From assembly GCA_031538565.1 (NCBI GenBank), contig JAVKLS010000021.1, positions 71,024-135,023 of the forward strand: a DNA stretch of 64,000 bases. Reading direction: 5' to 3'. The translations under genes and the position numbers were made by a program. Below are positions 50,714 through 59,318 of this stretch, in pieces (position 1 is the first letter of the stretch; each line of letters starts with the position of its first letter). The DNA is from Burkholderiaceae bacterium. GTDB taxonomy: Bacteria > Pseudomonadota > Gammaproteobacteria > Burkholderiales > Burkholderiaceae_C. The notes beneath the pieces are model-generated. The model did no database searches, was not told the origin of the DNA, and saw only the letters and a program-made list of their open reading frames with translations.

Positions 50714-53473
50714 TCACAAGATGGGGGCAAGCAGCTTTACCAACTCCGCTTCGCTTGCTCCTGCGCGTTTGGCGCGGTCTTGCAATTGATCGGCAGCAAT
50801 TTTTCCGACGTTGAAATACACGCTGTCAGGATGCGCTAAATAAAATCCACTGACGCTGGCGGCTGGCGTCATGGCTAGACTTTCAGTGATTCCCATGCCG
50901 ATTTCTGCTACTTGCAGTAATTCAAACAGGGCACTTTTGGCGCTGTGGTCGGGACAGGCGGGGTAGCCAGGGGCGGGGCGTATGCCCTGGTATTTTTCGG
51001 CAATCATCTCTCCATTTGTGAGTGCTTCCTCAGGTGCGTAGCCCCATAAGTCAATGCGGACTCTGTGGTGTAAGCACTCGGCAAAGGCTTCTGCCAGACG
51101 GTCAGCCAGTGATTTAAGCATGATGGCGCTGTAATCGTCTAAGTCGTCTAAAAAGTATTTTTCCTTTTTCTCCACGCCTATGCCTGCCGTGACTGCAAAT
51201 ACCCCCACGTAATCTGCGCAGCCAGAATTTTTGGGGGCAACAAAATCAGACAAGCAGCGGCTGGGACGCATCACGCCGTTGACGGCATGGCGTTCGGTTT
51301 GCTGGCGCAGTCCGTACCACGTCATTGCCACTTGGCTGCGAGACTCGTCAGTGTAGAGCGCAATATCGTCATCGTTGACGGAGTTTGCTGGATAAAGTCC
51401 GACAACCGCATTTGCGGTCAACCAGCGTCCTTCGATCAAACGTTTGAGCATTCGCTGCCCGTCGCTGTAAACGCGTACCGCCTCTGCGCCCACAATTTCG
51501 TCGCGCAAAATTTCAGGGAAAGGCCCAGCCAAATCCCATGTTTGGAAGAAAGGCCCCCAGTCGATGAACTTCGCCAGTTCGCCCAGGTCGAAGTTTTTGA
51601 AGACTCTTCGACCAATAAATTTGGGTTTGGCGGGTTGGTAAGTGGCCCAGTCGATGGGGGTTTTGTTTGCACGCGCTTTAGCCAAAGACCACATCGGTGC
51701 TTGCTTTTTATTGGCGTGTTGTTCGCGCACTTTGGCGTAATCCGCGTTCATTTCGGCAATAAAGCGCGTTGCTGTATCGGAGAGCAAACCAGAAGCCACT
51801 CCCACGCTGCGGGATGCATCGGGGACGTACACAACGGGTCCCTCGTAGTGAGGCGCGATTTTGACCGCCGTGTGCACACGCGAGGTGGTTGCCCCGCCAA
51901 TCATCAGTGGGATTTTTTTGATGCGGAAATAGTCATCTTTTTGCATCTCGCCCGCCACGTACTGCATCTCCTCAAGACTGGGTGTAATCAGGCCAGACAG
52001 TCCAATGATGTCGGCACCTTCCACCTTGGCGCGCGCCAAAATTTGGTGGCAAGGAACCATGACACCCATGTTCACCACTTCAAAATTATTGCATTGCAAA
52101 ACGACGGTCACAATGTTTTTTCCGATGTCATGCACATCCCCTTTCACCGTCGCAATGACGATTTTGCCTTTGGTACGCACGTCGCGACCTGCGGCAACGT
52201 CTTGCAACTTCTCGGCTTCGATGTAGGGCAGCAAATGCGCCACCGCTTGCTTCATCACGCGGGCGGACTTGACCACTTGCGGCAAGAACATCTTGCCTTG
52301 ACCAAACAAATCGCCCACCACGTTCATGCCGTCCATAAGCGGGCCTTCGATGACGTGTAGCGGCCTACCCAATTGACCACCCACGCCTTTTGCCAAAATG
52401 TTGCGGTACGCCTCCTCGGTGTCCTCGGTAATAAAGTCCGTGATGCCATGCACCAGTGCGTGCGCGAGCCTCGTCTGCACGGGCACGGGCGCAGCTGGTG
52501 TGCCACGCCAAGCCAGCTTTTGACTCTCGTCCTTCGAATCGCTTTTGGCTGTATCAGCAATTTCTACCAAGCGCTCCCCCGCATCGGGACGGCGGTTTAG
52601 CACCACGTCTTCTACGCGCTCGCGCAGCACGGGCTCTAGGTCGTCGTACACACCTACCATGCCTGCGTTGACAATGCCCATATCCATACCAGCTTTAATG
52701 GCGTGGTACAAAAATACGGTGTGAATCGCCTCGCGTACAGGGTCGTTGCCCCTAAAGGAAAAGCTGACATTTGATACGCCGCCCGATACCTTGGCGCCTG
52801 GCAAGTTTTGCTTAATCCAGCGCGTGGCATTGATGAAATCTACGGCGTAGTTGTTGTGCTCTTCAATGCCTGTGGCAATGGCAAAAATGTTCGGATCAAA
52901 AATAATGTCTTCGGGTGGAAAGTCCACGGTGTCCACCAGCAGGCGATACGCTCGCTGGCAAATTTCAATCTTGCGCTCGTAAGTGTCCGCCTGTCCCTGC
53001 TCGTCAAACGCCATCACCACGGCAGCCGCGCCGTAGCGCCGCAGCAATTTTGCCTGCTGTAGAAATTGCGCCTCGCCCTCCTTCATGCTGATCGAGTTCA
53101 CAATGCCCTTGCCCTGCACGCAGCGCAGCCCCGCTTCAATCACGCTCCACTTCGACGAGTCAATCATGATGGGCACGCGGGAAATATCGGGCTCGGAGGC
53201 AATCAGATTCAAAAATCGCACCATTGCTGCTTGGCTATCGAGCATGGCCTCGTCCATGTTGATGTCAATCACCTGCGCGCCGTTTTCCACCTGCTGACGC
53301 GCTACGGAGAGCGCCGCCTCAAACTCACCATTCAAAATCATGCGCGCAAAAGCTTTAGAGCCCGTTACGTTTGTGCGCTCGCCAATGTTGACGAACAAAG
53401 ACCCCTCGCCAACGCTAAATGGCTCAAGACCTGACAGTTTCATGGGTTGTGCAATAGATTGCGAATTTGGCAT
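50714..53473 (-). CDS. metH: Cobalamin-dependent methionine synthase lacking the N-terminal homocysteine-binding domain (pterin-binding + B12 cap/binding + AdoMet-reactivation domains)
   Basis: It is near-colinear with E. coli MetH from about residue 345 onward ([28 protein letters not shown], the [11 protein letters not shown]12 motif, [10 protein letters not shown] and [12 protein letters not shown]). Confidence 0.9.
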   Translation of the reverse strand: MPNSQSIAQPMKLSGLEPFSVGEGSLFVNIGERTNVTGSKAFARMILNGEFEAALSVARQQVENGAQVIDINMDEAMLDSQAAMVRFLNLIASEPDISRVPIMIDSSKWSVIEAGLRCVQGKGIVNSISMKEGEAQFLQQAKLLRRYGAAAVVMAFDEQGQADTYERKIEICQRAYRLLVDTVDFPPEDIIFDPNIFAIATGIEEHNNYAVDFINATRWIKQNLPGAKVSGGVSNVSFSFRGNDPVREAIHTVFLYHAIKAGMDMGIVNAGMVGVYDDLEPVLRERVEDVVLNRRPDAGERLVEIADTAKSDSKDESQKLAWRGTPAAPVPVQTRLAHALVHGITDFITEDTEEAYRNILAKGVGGQLGRPLHVIEGPLMDGMNVVGDLFGQGKMFLPQVVKSARVMKQAVAHLLPYIEAEKLQDVAAGRDVRTKGKIVIATVKGDVHDIGKNIVTVVLQCNNFEVVNMGVMVPCHQILARAKVEGADIIGLSGLITPSLEEMQYVAGEMQKDDYFRIKKIPLMIGGATTSRVHTAVKIAPHYEGPVVYVPDASRSVGVASGLLSDTATRFIAEMNADYAKVREQHANKKQAPMWSLAKARANKTPIDWATYQPAKPKFIGRRVFKNFDLGELAKFIDWGPFFQTWDLAGPFPEILRDEIVGAEAVRVYSDGQRMLKRLIEGRWLTANAVVGLYPANSVNDDDIALYTDESRSQVAMTWYGLRQQTERHAVNGVMRPSRCLSDFVAPKNSGCADYVGVFAVTAGIGVEKKEKYFLDDLDDYSAIMLKSLADRLAEAFAECLHHRVRIDLWGYAPEEALTNGEMIAEKYQGIRPAPGYPACPDHSAKSALFELLQVAEIGMGITESLAMTPAASVSGFYLAHPDSVYFNVGKIAADQLQDRAKRAGASEAELVKLLAPIL

Positions 53474-53474
53474 T

Positions 53475-53582
53475 TCCTCACCTTACTTCTATCAAAAGGT
53501 GAGCGTGGTTGCTAGGGACTTGCACCCCAAGCCTAACAACTGTCTCACTTGCAAGTGATTAGCTGCTGCAACGCTCCTTGGG
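53475..53582 (-). promoter_or_regulatory. SAH (S-adenosylhomocysteine) riboswitch-like leader with SD-sequestering helix, immediately upstream of metH
   Basis: Minus-strand RNA: CCCAAGGAGCGUUGCAGC...GUUAGGCUUGGG...CAACCACGCUCACC. It follows the remembered SAH consensus CGAGGAGCGCUGCGAC...GUCAGGCUCGG...CAACGGCGCUCAC, with compensatory changes. The 3' CUCACCUU can instead pair with the AAGGUGAG Shine-Dalgarno sequence. Confidence 0.7.
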
Positions 53583-53614
53583 ATGGGGGGATTTTAACGT
53601 GCGAAAACTAGGGC

Positions 53615-54013
53615 TCAATTGGATGCAGCCAGATGTGCCGCCTGCGTTGTTGCCATCATCGACGGGTGCAGCAGTCCTAGCTTAGGGGTATTGCCAAAAC
53701 GCGGGTTGGGTGGCGCGGTAAAAAAAATGCTGTTATAGGGCAGGATCGTTGTGCGTTTAAAGTTGAATTTTGTGTCGTAGCTCAGTCCCGCTGCCACATA
53801 AGCCGCAGGATGCTTGTCTTTTTGAATAACGAACTCGCCAGTGAATAAGCGATCTGTTTTTTGTGATGTGCCGTAAGCAATACGGGCTTCAAAGGCGGGA
53901 GCATTCTCATCGAAAACAGCCAGGATTAATGCGGGACGAAATTTAGGCTCTGGCGTTGGATAAAAGCACCAAACAATATCTCCTGCTGTTGGCTCTGGCC
54001 ACCAATGGCTCAC
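53615..54013 (-). CDS. PemK/MazF-fold (SH3-like barrel) toxin-like protein
   Basis: N-terminal P..GDIVW..FP......RPALIL...........GTSQ pattern, as in PemK/MazF-like growth inhibitors. ATGA overlap with the upstream small gene. Confidence 0.5.
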   Translation of the reverse strand: MSHWWPEPTAGDIVWCFYPTPEPKFRPALILAVFDENAPAFEARIAYGTSQKTDRLFTGEFVIQKDKHPAAYVAAGLSYDTKFNFKRTTILPYNSIFFTAPPNPRFGNTPKLGLLHPSMMATTQAAHLAASN

Positions 54014-54339
54014 GAAGTAATGCCAAACAAGTTTGATTTAACCGAGCGGCGCTTGGCAGGCGACACTTTACGCATTTTTGCCAATTGCGGCGCTGCGAGG
54101 CGGTTGATTTCTGCCATTTGCTTGTCTGTGATGGCGCCATCATCAGGCTCGTATTGCGGTAGATGAGTTATTGCAAAGTTGGCAAGCGCAAAGTGGATCG
54201 CTTGTGTTTCATCCACGCCCAAATACGCGGCCAGTTTCTGAGTGGTTGTACGTGTCACGCCAGTAGGGCTATCAGCATTGCGATAGCGAAATGCAATCTG
54301 TGCAGCGGAGCGAGACTGCGGTGCTGTGACGAGAGGCAT
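54010..54339 (-). CDS. Putative cognate antitoxin (no family recognised)
   Basis: 109-aa ORF translationally coupled to the PemK-like gene, with a palindrome just upstream. I see no recognisable DNA-binding motif. Confidence 0.4.
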   Translation of the reverse strand: MPLVTAPQSRSAAQIAFRYRNADSPTGVTRTTTQKLAAYLGVDETQAIHFALANFAITHLPQYEPDDGAITDKQMAEINRLAAPQLAKMRKVSPAKRRSVKSNLFGITS

Positions 54340-54353
54340 GATAAATCCTTTTT

Positions 54354-54372
54354 AGATATCTATTTGATATCT
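54354..54372. promoter_or_regulatory. Candidate operator palindrome upstream of the PemK-like pair
   Basis: AGATATC-TATTT-GATATCT lies 15-33 nt upstream of the ATG at 54339. Confidence 0.35.
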
Positions 54373-54433
54373 TACCACGGCTACTTTTCCTCATCGAGTC
54401 TTAATCGGCGTTGCCATCATCGCCATCACAAAC

Positions 54434-55132
54434 TCACTTGGCTTTGACGGGCGCGACGTAGCGCATCAAATCGACACTGACCACGCGCTGATCTGCTTGC
54501 AACTTCGTCAAAACGGCTGCAAGGCGACTCGGCGGCACGGCGGCATCTAGGTATTGACTGTTCACAAACAAACGCGACAAATCAGCATTGCCGGCAATGA
54601 ATGCATCGCCTTGAGAAGGATCGCTGAGGACCACACGCACGCCCGCAAGGCGATAGCTTAACTGCCCCGTTTTGCGGTCTTGCAGGGTAACCATTTGACC
54701 AGCCGAAGGTAGCGCAGGGTCTAAGGGATTGGCGCCCAAAAGGTCTTGCTCACGCTTCTCGTAGCTCACTTTCTGGTCGCCCGTTAAACGCGTCGCAAAT
54801 TGCAATTGTGCCGCCGCCGCCTTGTTGATCGCGGACTGACTGACCGCGCCAGAAGCTGAATCAGCGCCAGCGCCAGTAGCACCCACAGTTCCTGCAGCGT
54901 GCGGGCCAGCAGGCGCTTTCAAGCCTGCCTCGCCACCGCCCGCCCCAGTCAAGCCTTGGGCGGGCGAATCGGCAGTAGCAGAGTTAGTCGCCAAAGATCC
55001 AACTGCCGAAACCGCAGTCGAGCTTGATTTTTGATCAGCGCTTGGACCGTAGGCAAAATGCCACACGCCCCAAGCACCCAGCCCCAGCAAACCCACCGCC
55101 ATCAGTTTGGTTTTTAAGGAAAGTGTTTTCAT
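54434..55132 (-). CDS. Membrane-anchored or secreted protein of unknown function, downstream of the S8 protease gene
   Basis: Start moved to the ATG at 55132 (MKTLSLKTKLMAVGLLGLGAWGVW...). It has a Ser/Ala/Gly-rich low-complexity linker and a ~110-aa C-terminal domain that I do not recognise. Confidence 0.55.
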   Translation of the reverse strand: MKTLSLKTKLMAVGLLGLGAWGVWHFAYGPSADQKSSSTAVSAVGSLATNSATADSPAQGLTGAGGGEAGLKAPAGPHAAGTVGATGAGADSASGAVSQSAINKAAAAQLQFATRLTGDQKVSYEKREQDLLGANPLDPALPSAGQMVTLQDRKTGQLSYRLAGVRVVLSDPSQGDAFIAGNADLSRLFVNSQYLDAAVPPSRLAAVLTKLQADQRVVSVDLMRYVAPVKAK

Positions 55133-57160
55133 ATTTGTCAGTGGCAATTGAGGGGGTTGATTACATTCCGTAAGAAGTCAAACTGACATTGCTCACTGAA
55201 ATGGCTTTCGTAGAACCCACATTCAACGCCTTGAAACTCCATGTGCTAGCACTGAGTTTTTGGCCATAAAAGGCATTCGTGAAGACACGCAGGGTTTGAG
55301 TCCCGCCTGCTGCAAGCAGATTGATATCAGCCTGATCAGCACTTGTACCGTCAGGATTTTTGGCCGAAGCCGATCCTTGGTAAAAGCTGGTGAATGCTGG
55401 CAGGAGAATTGATTTAACCTCTCCGTTAGCATCTTTACTGAAAAGCTCTAACTGCAATTGCCCTATATTGAGAGGCGCGCCAGTATTGTTTGTAATCGTC
55501 ACATCCATTTGCATTGTGCCGGTGTATGCTGTTGCATCGGTAAAGGCGTTGAAAGATTGCGTGAGGATGTAAGTGTTGCCCCAGTTTATCGCGGAGGTCG
55601 CCGCGCCAGCAGGCGTAGTTGTCAGCTTCGTGCTGTCAATATCCCCTCCTTTACGGCGCCCAATAATCGTCGAGATCGAGGCAAAACCTTTGGACATTTT
55701 TACGGCGGCGGCGGCATCAACCATACCGAAACCATATCGAGGATGGAAGTTAAAACCAGCTGTGTTGGTCATCCATGCTGATTGCAAACCGATTGTGGTT
55801 GACGTGGTTTTGGGGGTAAATGTAATCTCAGCAATATCCTTATCCACTTTTTTAGCCGTTTTCGCCAAAATAAAGCCCACGTCCTACCAAGTCAAATTGG
55901 GATTGGCTTCAAGCATCAAAGCCACAACACCTGCAACGCTAGGCGCTGCAGAAGAAGTGCCATTCATCTGGCCCGTGTAATTGCAATTGGGGTCTTTAGC
56001 AGATGTGCCAAATAAATCGGCGATGCGCTTGGGAAACCAATCGGCAAAGCCGCCTGCGGCGAAGTAGGCTTTCCAGCCGTTAGCGGGTCTGTCGACTTCG
56101 GTGCCATTTGCATTTTGCTTTTTATCGGGGTTGTCGGCACCTGCACCGCAGCCCGTGTTGTCTGTCGTCACCATAGCTGGATCCGTGCTACCAAACTCTC
56201 CGCCAAAGCCCGTCACCCAAGTCGCTGCCGAAGCATTGGAGTAAGAGGCCGCCTTGCCCTTGTGATTCATGGATGCAATTTGATACATATAGGGCTTGTT
56301 CTGATAGCTTTGGTTGCTATCGCCGCAAGTGACTCCGTCACTCACGGTACCAAAGGCAGCCGTTAGCGCTGTATTTGTTGAACCCTTGTCGCATTTAGCC
56401 TCAACGACTGCCTTACCATCGCCCAAAGTCCCCTTTTGCGCGCTGTATTCGTTACCCGAGGCCTGTAAATAAATAAAACCCTTACCGCCGCGGCCGTTTT
56501 TAACGCCATCTCGAGCCGCTTGGTGTCCCGCGGCTTCGTCAGTAGGAGTAGTAGGCACAGCGGGTGGCAATGCGTAATCGGATCCAGCACTGTAGTTAAA
56601 GATGCTCACTTTGGCATCGGTCAGCCGAGTACCAAAGGCGGTTTTAACCGCATCGCCTTGAGCCAGCGCAACCGCACCAAAACGCAGATAGTCAGAGCCT
56701 CCGTTTAGGGGGGCAAGACCGATTAAGGAAGCAAATGGCGCTGTACCGCGCGAGCCCTTGCCGTTCCAACCCGTTGCCGCCGCAACACCGGCCACACCCG
56801 TGCCGTGATCAATTTCACTAGCGTTAGCAGCTGGACTTGGATCATTGGAGTTATTGGTGAAATTGAACGATTTATCTTTGACCACCCGACCTACCAAGTC
56901 TTCGTGAGCAATATCCAAACCGCTATCGACAATGGCAATCGTGACGCCTTGACCCGTGCAGCCTTTACCTGCGTTGTGCACGGATTTAACATTGGCGTCA
57001 ATGCCAGCCAACGCATCGGCGTTGCCATCGGCAGACACTTCCTGCGTAGGCCCTGTATTTTCTAAATGCCAAGCGGCGCTATAGAACGGATCGTCTGCAC
57101 CAACCGTGTTATTCGCGCCTGCAGGGCAATCGGCAATCACTGGGGTTGGCGGTGTTGGGG

Positions 57161-57263
57161 GTGTTGTTGTTTGTGTTGTTTGTGTTGTTTGTGTTGTTTA
57201 TGTCTCCCCCCCCCCCCCGCAGCCACTCAAGCCAATAAGCAAGCCAATAAGCAAGCCAATTAA
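57161..57263 (-). repeat. Simple-sequence-repeat cluster in the 5' coding region of the S8 gene
   Basis: 9-nt repeat GTGTTGTTT x3 plus a 12-nt variant (57161..57199, coding TTQ). C13 on the plus strand, G13 on the coding strand (57206..57218). 12-nt repeat CAAGCCAATAAG x2 plus an imperfect third copy (57228..57263, coding LLIG). Confidence 0.9.
57206..57218 (-). repeat. G13 homopolymer (coding strand) directly after the lipobox cysteine codon
   Basis: The count of 13 is confirmed independently by the track translation RGGGGD of the overlapping ORF 57109..57414. Confidence 0.9.
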
Positions 57264-57330
57264 GAGCACGCGCCGGAATGGATAATTTGTAACAAAACTT
57301 AACATATTTAAAACTTTCTTTAGAGCCAAA

Positions 57331-57439
57331 GGACATTCTGCATAGCCCTATTCCGTTTGGACTGAGCCTGTCGAAGTCCTTGATTTGATTAGAACTACCC
57401 CTCGACAAGCTCAAGGTGAACGGAGTTTTGCAGAGGCGC
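57331..57439 (+). repeat. Dispersed ~111-nt hairpin-forming intergenic repeat, copy C
   Basis: About 94% identical to copy B. It begins 25 nt upstream of the S8 signal-peptide ATG and lies downstream of the OMP gene. Confidence 0.9.
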
Positions 57440-57440
57440 C

Positions 57441-57486
57441 CAAAAAATGAATGACTGCGCTCCCATGCGCCGTAGCGCGCGCAGTC
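57441..57486 (-). terminator. Probable rho-independent terminator of the OMP gene
   Basis: Minus-strand hairpin GACUGCGC...GCGCAGUC followed by AUUCAUUUUUUG, 25 nt past the stop at 57511. Confidence 0.5.
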
Positions 57487-57510
57487 TCGAACGCACGAGT
57501 GTAACGGGTG

Positions 57511-58188
57511 TTAAAAACGGTAGCTCACACCCACGCTTAAACTGGGCAAGACGGATAACTTGCTCAAGCTGTCGGTGAGTTTTTGATTTTCTTTATCAAC
57601 GTCTGCCTGGGTAATTCCAGCCTGCCCGACCAAGTTGGTGGAGGACGTGGCAGTAAATTTACCGATGTTCAAGCCCAGTTCCGAAAAGAACCCCCACCCC
57701 GCATCAGAGGGGGCGCGGTGATGACCCCAGCCAATTCCGAAATAAGGCGTCGTTGTTGGAAAGGCAACTTTGACGTTGTAGTAATTGCCCGTTAGCCCGA
57801 CTTGTTTACCGTTAATAGTTACCGTCGAAGTGGCCCCACCTGTCGCGTTTAGTTGAAAGTCGGTTTGGTTGTAGGCGATGCCACTCGTTAGGCGAAATGA
57901 ACCAGAAAACGGGAAGTAGTCTGCAAATAGACCGACGCGGTTATTGGTAAATTTTCCTGAAAACGTGTTGCCATCGCTTGTGCTGGTTTTGCTAAGCGAT
58001 AAGCCGCCTGCAAAATCCGCCCGCCCTATCCAGGCTGAGGACAAAGGCATGGCGTAGCCGATGTTGATGCCGTAGAGTAAGTTTCCGCCAAGTCCGCCAT
58101 ATACCTCGCCCGATTGCGCCAAGGCGCTTGATGCCGCGAGCGTTAGTGCACAAGCGAGTGTTAATTTTTTTGCCATGTTTTTTGTCAT
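57511..58188 (-). CDS. Outer-membrane beta-barrel protein (OmpW/OmpA-beta-barrel-like)
   Basis: Start moved to the ATG at 58188. Signal peptide ...AASSALA-QS, alternating beta-strand pattern, and C-terminal signature VGVSYRF. Confidence 0.8.
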   Translation of the reverse strand: MTKNMAKKLTLACALTLAASSALAQSGEVYGGLGGNLLYGINIGYAMPLSSAWIGRADFAGGLSLSKTSTSDGNTFSGKFTNNRVGLFADYFPFSGSFRLTSGIAYNQTDFQLNATGGATSTVTINGKQVGLTGNYYNVKVAFPTTTPYFGIGWGHHRAPSDAGWGFFSELGLNIGKFTATSSTNLVGQAGITQADVDKENQKLTDSLSKLSVLPSLSVGVSYRF

Positions 58189-58201
58189 GTTAAAAGTGTC
58201 C

Positions 58202-59317
58202 TTAGGGTTGGGGTTGCAATGGAGGGTAGTCAATATAACCTGCACCGCCGCCGCCATACAGCAGTGCGCGGTTGAGCTGGGCAAGCGGCGCATTTGCGCG
58301 AAGCCGCGCAACCAAGTCGGGGTTACTAATAAAGGGGCGACCGAAAGCGATTAAATCGACACCATTTTCTAGTGCTGCGTTTGCCGATGCAAGATCGTGG
58401 CCGTTATTAACCATCCATGCGGCTGTGCCACCTGCCTTGGTGTAGCAGGCTTTGAAGGCGGCGTAGTCAAACGGACGATTGGCAACCTCGCGCCCTTGCC
58501 CTGTTGCGCCTTCAATGATGTGCAGATACGCAAGCCCGAGAGGTGCGAGCTTTTCCGCCACGTAGTTAAACAGCGGTTGCGGATTTTCTTCGTCGATACC
58601 GTTGGAGGGCGTAACGGGCGAGAGCCGAACTCCTACGCGATGACTGCCAATTTCTTCTGTGACCGCTTGCATCACTTCGAGCATGAGACGCGTCCGATTT
58701 GGGATGGAGCCGCCGTAATAATCGGTGCGCTGGTTGGCACTTGATTTCATAAATTGATCGAGTAAGTAGCCGTTAGCCGCATGAATTTCGATGCCATCAA
58801 ATCCTGCGGCAATAGCGTTACGCGCCGCAATGCGGTAGTCACGCACAATGGCTGGCAACTCGCTGATATCCAAGGCGCGTGGCTCGGAGGTCTCTACAAA
58901 GCCCGCAACGCCGTCGCGAATTAAAACCGTTTTGGCATTTGCCCGAATTGCGGACGGCGCAACAGGCGCTGCATGATTAGGTTGCAGATCAGTGTGCGAG
59001 ACGCGCCCTACGTGCCACAGCTGAGTGACTATTTTTCCGCCTGCCGCGTGCACGGCTTGCGTAATAGGTCGCCAGCCTTCTACTTGCGCGGCTTGCCAAA
59101 GACCTGGTACATCGGCATAGCCCTGCGCTTGATGCGAAATTGCCGTGGCTTCGGTAATGATGAGCCCTGCTGTGGCACGCTGCACGTAATAGGTTTGCAT
59201 GAGTGCATTGGGGAGCGCATTGGGAGCGCGATTGCGCGTCAGTGGCGCCATCACGATGCGGTTGGCAAGTGTCAGGTCGCCAGCAGTGAAGGCGCTAAAA
59301 AGTGTGGAGTCAGTCAT
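58202..59317 (-). CDS. Old Yellow Enzyme-family NADH:flavin oxidoreductase (alkene / N-ethylmaleimide reductase-like)
   Basis: Start moved to the ATG at 59317 (MTDSTLFSAF). Motifs APLTRNRA and HAANGYLLDQF are present. Confidence 0.9.
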   Translation of the reverse strand: MTDSTLFSAFTAGDLTLANRIVMAPLTRNRAPNALPNALMQTYYVQRATAGLIITEATAISHQAQGYADVPGLWQAAQVEGWRPITQAVHAAGGKIVTQLWHVGRVSHTDLQPNHAAPVAPSAIRANAKTVLIRDGVAGFVETSEPRALDISELPAIVRDYRIAARNAIAAGFDGIEIHAANGYLLDQFMKSSANQRTDYYGGSIPNRTRLMLEVMQAVTEEIGSHRVGVRLSPVTPSNGIDEENPQPLFNYVAEKLAPLGLAYLHIIEGATGQGREVANRPFDYAAFKACYTKAGGTAAWMVNNGHDLASANAALENGVDLIAFGRPFISNPDLVARLRANAPLAQLNRALLYGGGGAGYIDYPPLQPQP

Positions 59318-59318
59318 T

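Larger units (their letters stand above)
55161..57305 (-). pseudogene. Kexin/furin-like S8 serine protease lipoprotein with P-domain, interrupted by two in-frame stops (TAA 57198..57200, TAG 55884..55886)
   Basis: One continuous frame reads ATG 57305, lipoprotein signal MLSFVTNYPFRRVLLIGLLIGLLIGLSGC, G4-E-T-TAA, (TTQ)3-TTTPPTPPTP linker, catalytic domain (IVDSGLD, HGTGVAG, GTSSAAPSVAG) ...EANPNLTW-TAG-DVGFILAKTA... HPRYGFGMVDAAAAV, P-domain. Confidence 0.75.

Noticed and set aside
51287-52360. A 357-aa plus-strand ORF, and many other 60-170-aa ORFs antisense to metH, uvrA, glnE, ffh, nrdA and others.
   Set aside because: They lie entirely inside strongly supported genes on the other strand. 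They have no recognisable motifs and an Arg/His/Ala-rich composition typical of shadow ORFs in GC-rich coding DNA.
53475-53614. A possible cobalamin riboswitch upstream of metH (a GGUGCAAGUCC-like string).
   Set aside because: The leader is too short for a B12 element and has no B12 box. The sequence fits the SAH element much better, and B12 elements normally control metE rather than metH.
55884-55886. The in-frame TAG read as pyrrolysine or as evidence of an alternative genetic code.
   Set aside because: Many neighbouring genes terminate normally at TAG and TAA. Pyl machinery is not expected in this lineage, and the second interruption is TAA.
57109-57414. A 101-aa minus-strand ORF covering repeat copy C and the S8 5' region.
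   Set aside because: It starts inside the dispersed repeat and is the +1 frame of the S8 leader (NNT repeats). The lipoprotein signal, the TTQ/PPT linker and the protease are all in a different, coherent frame.
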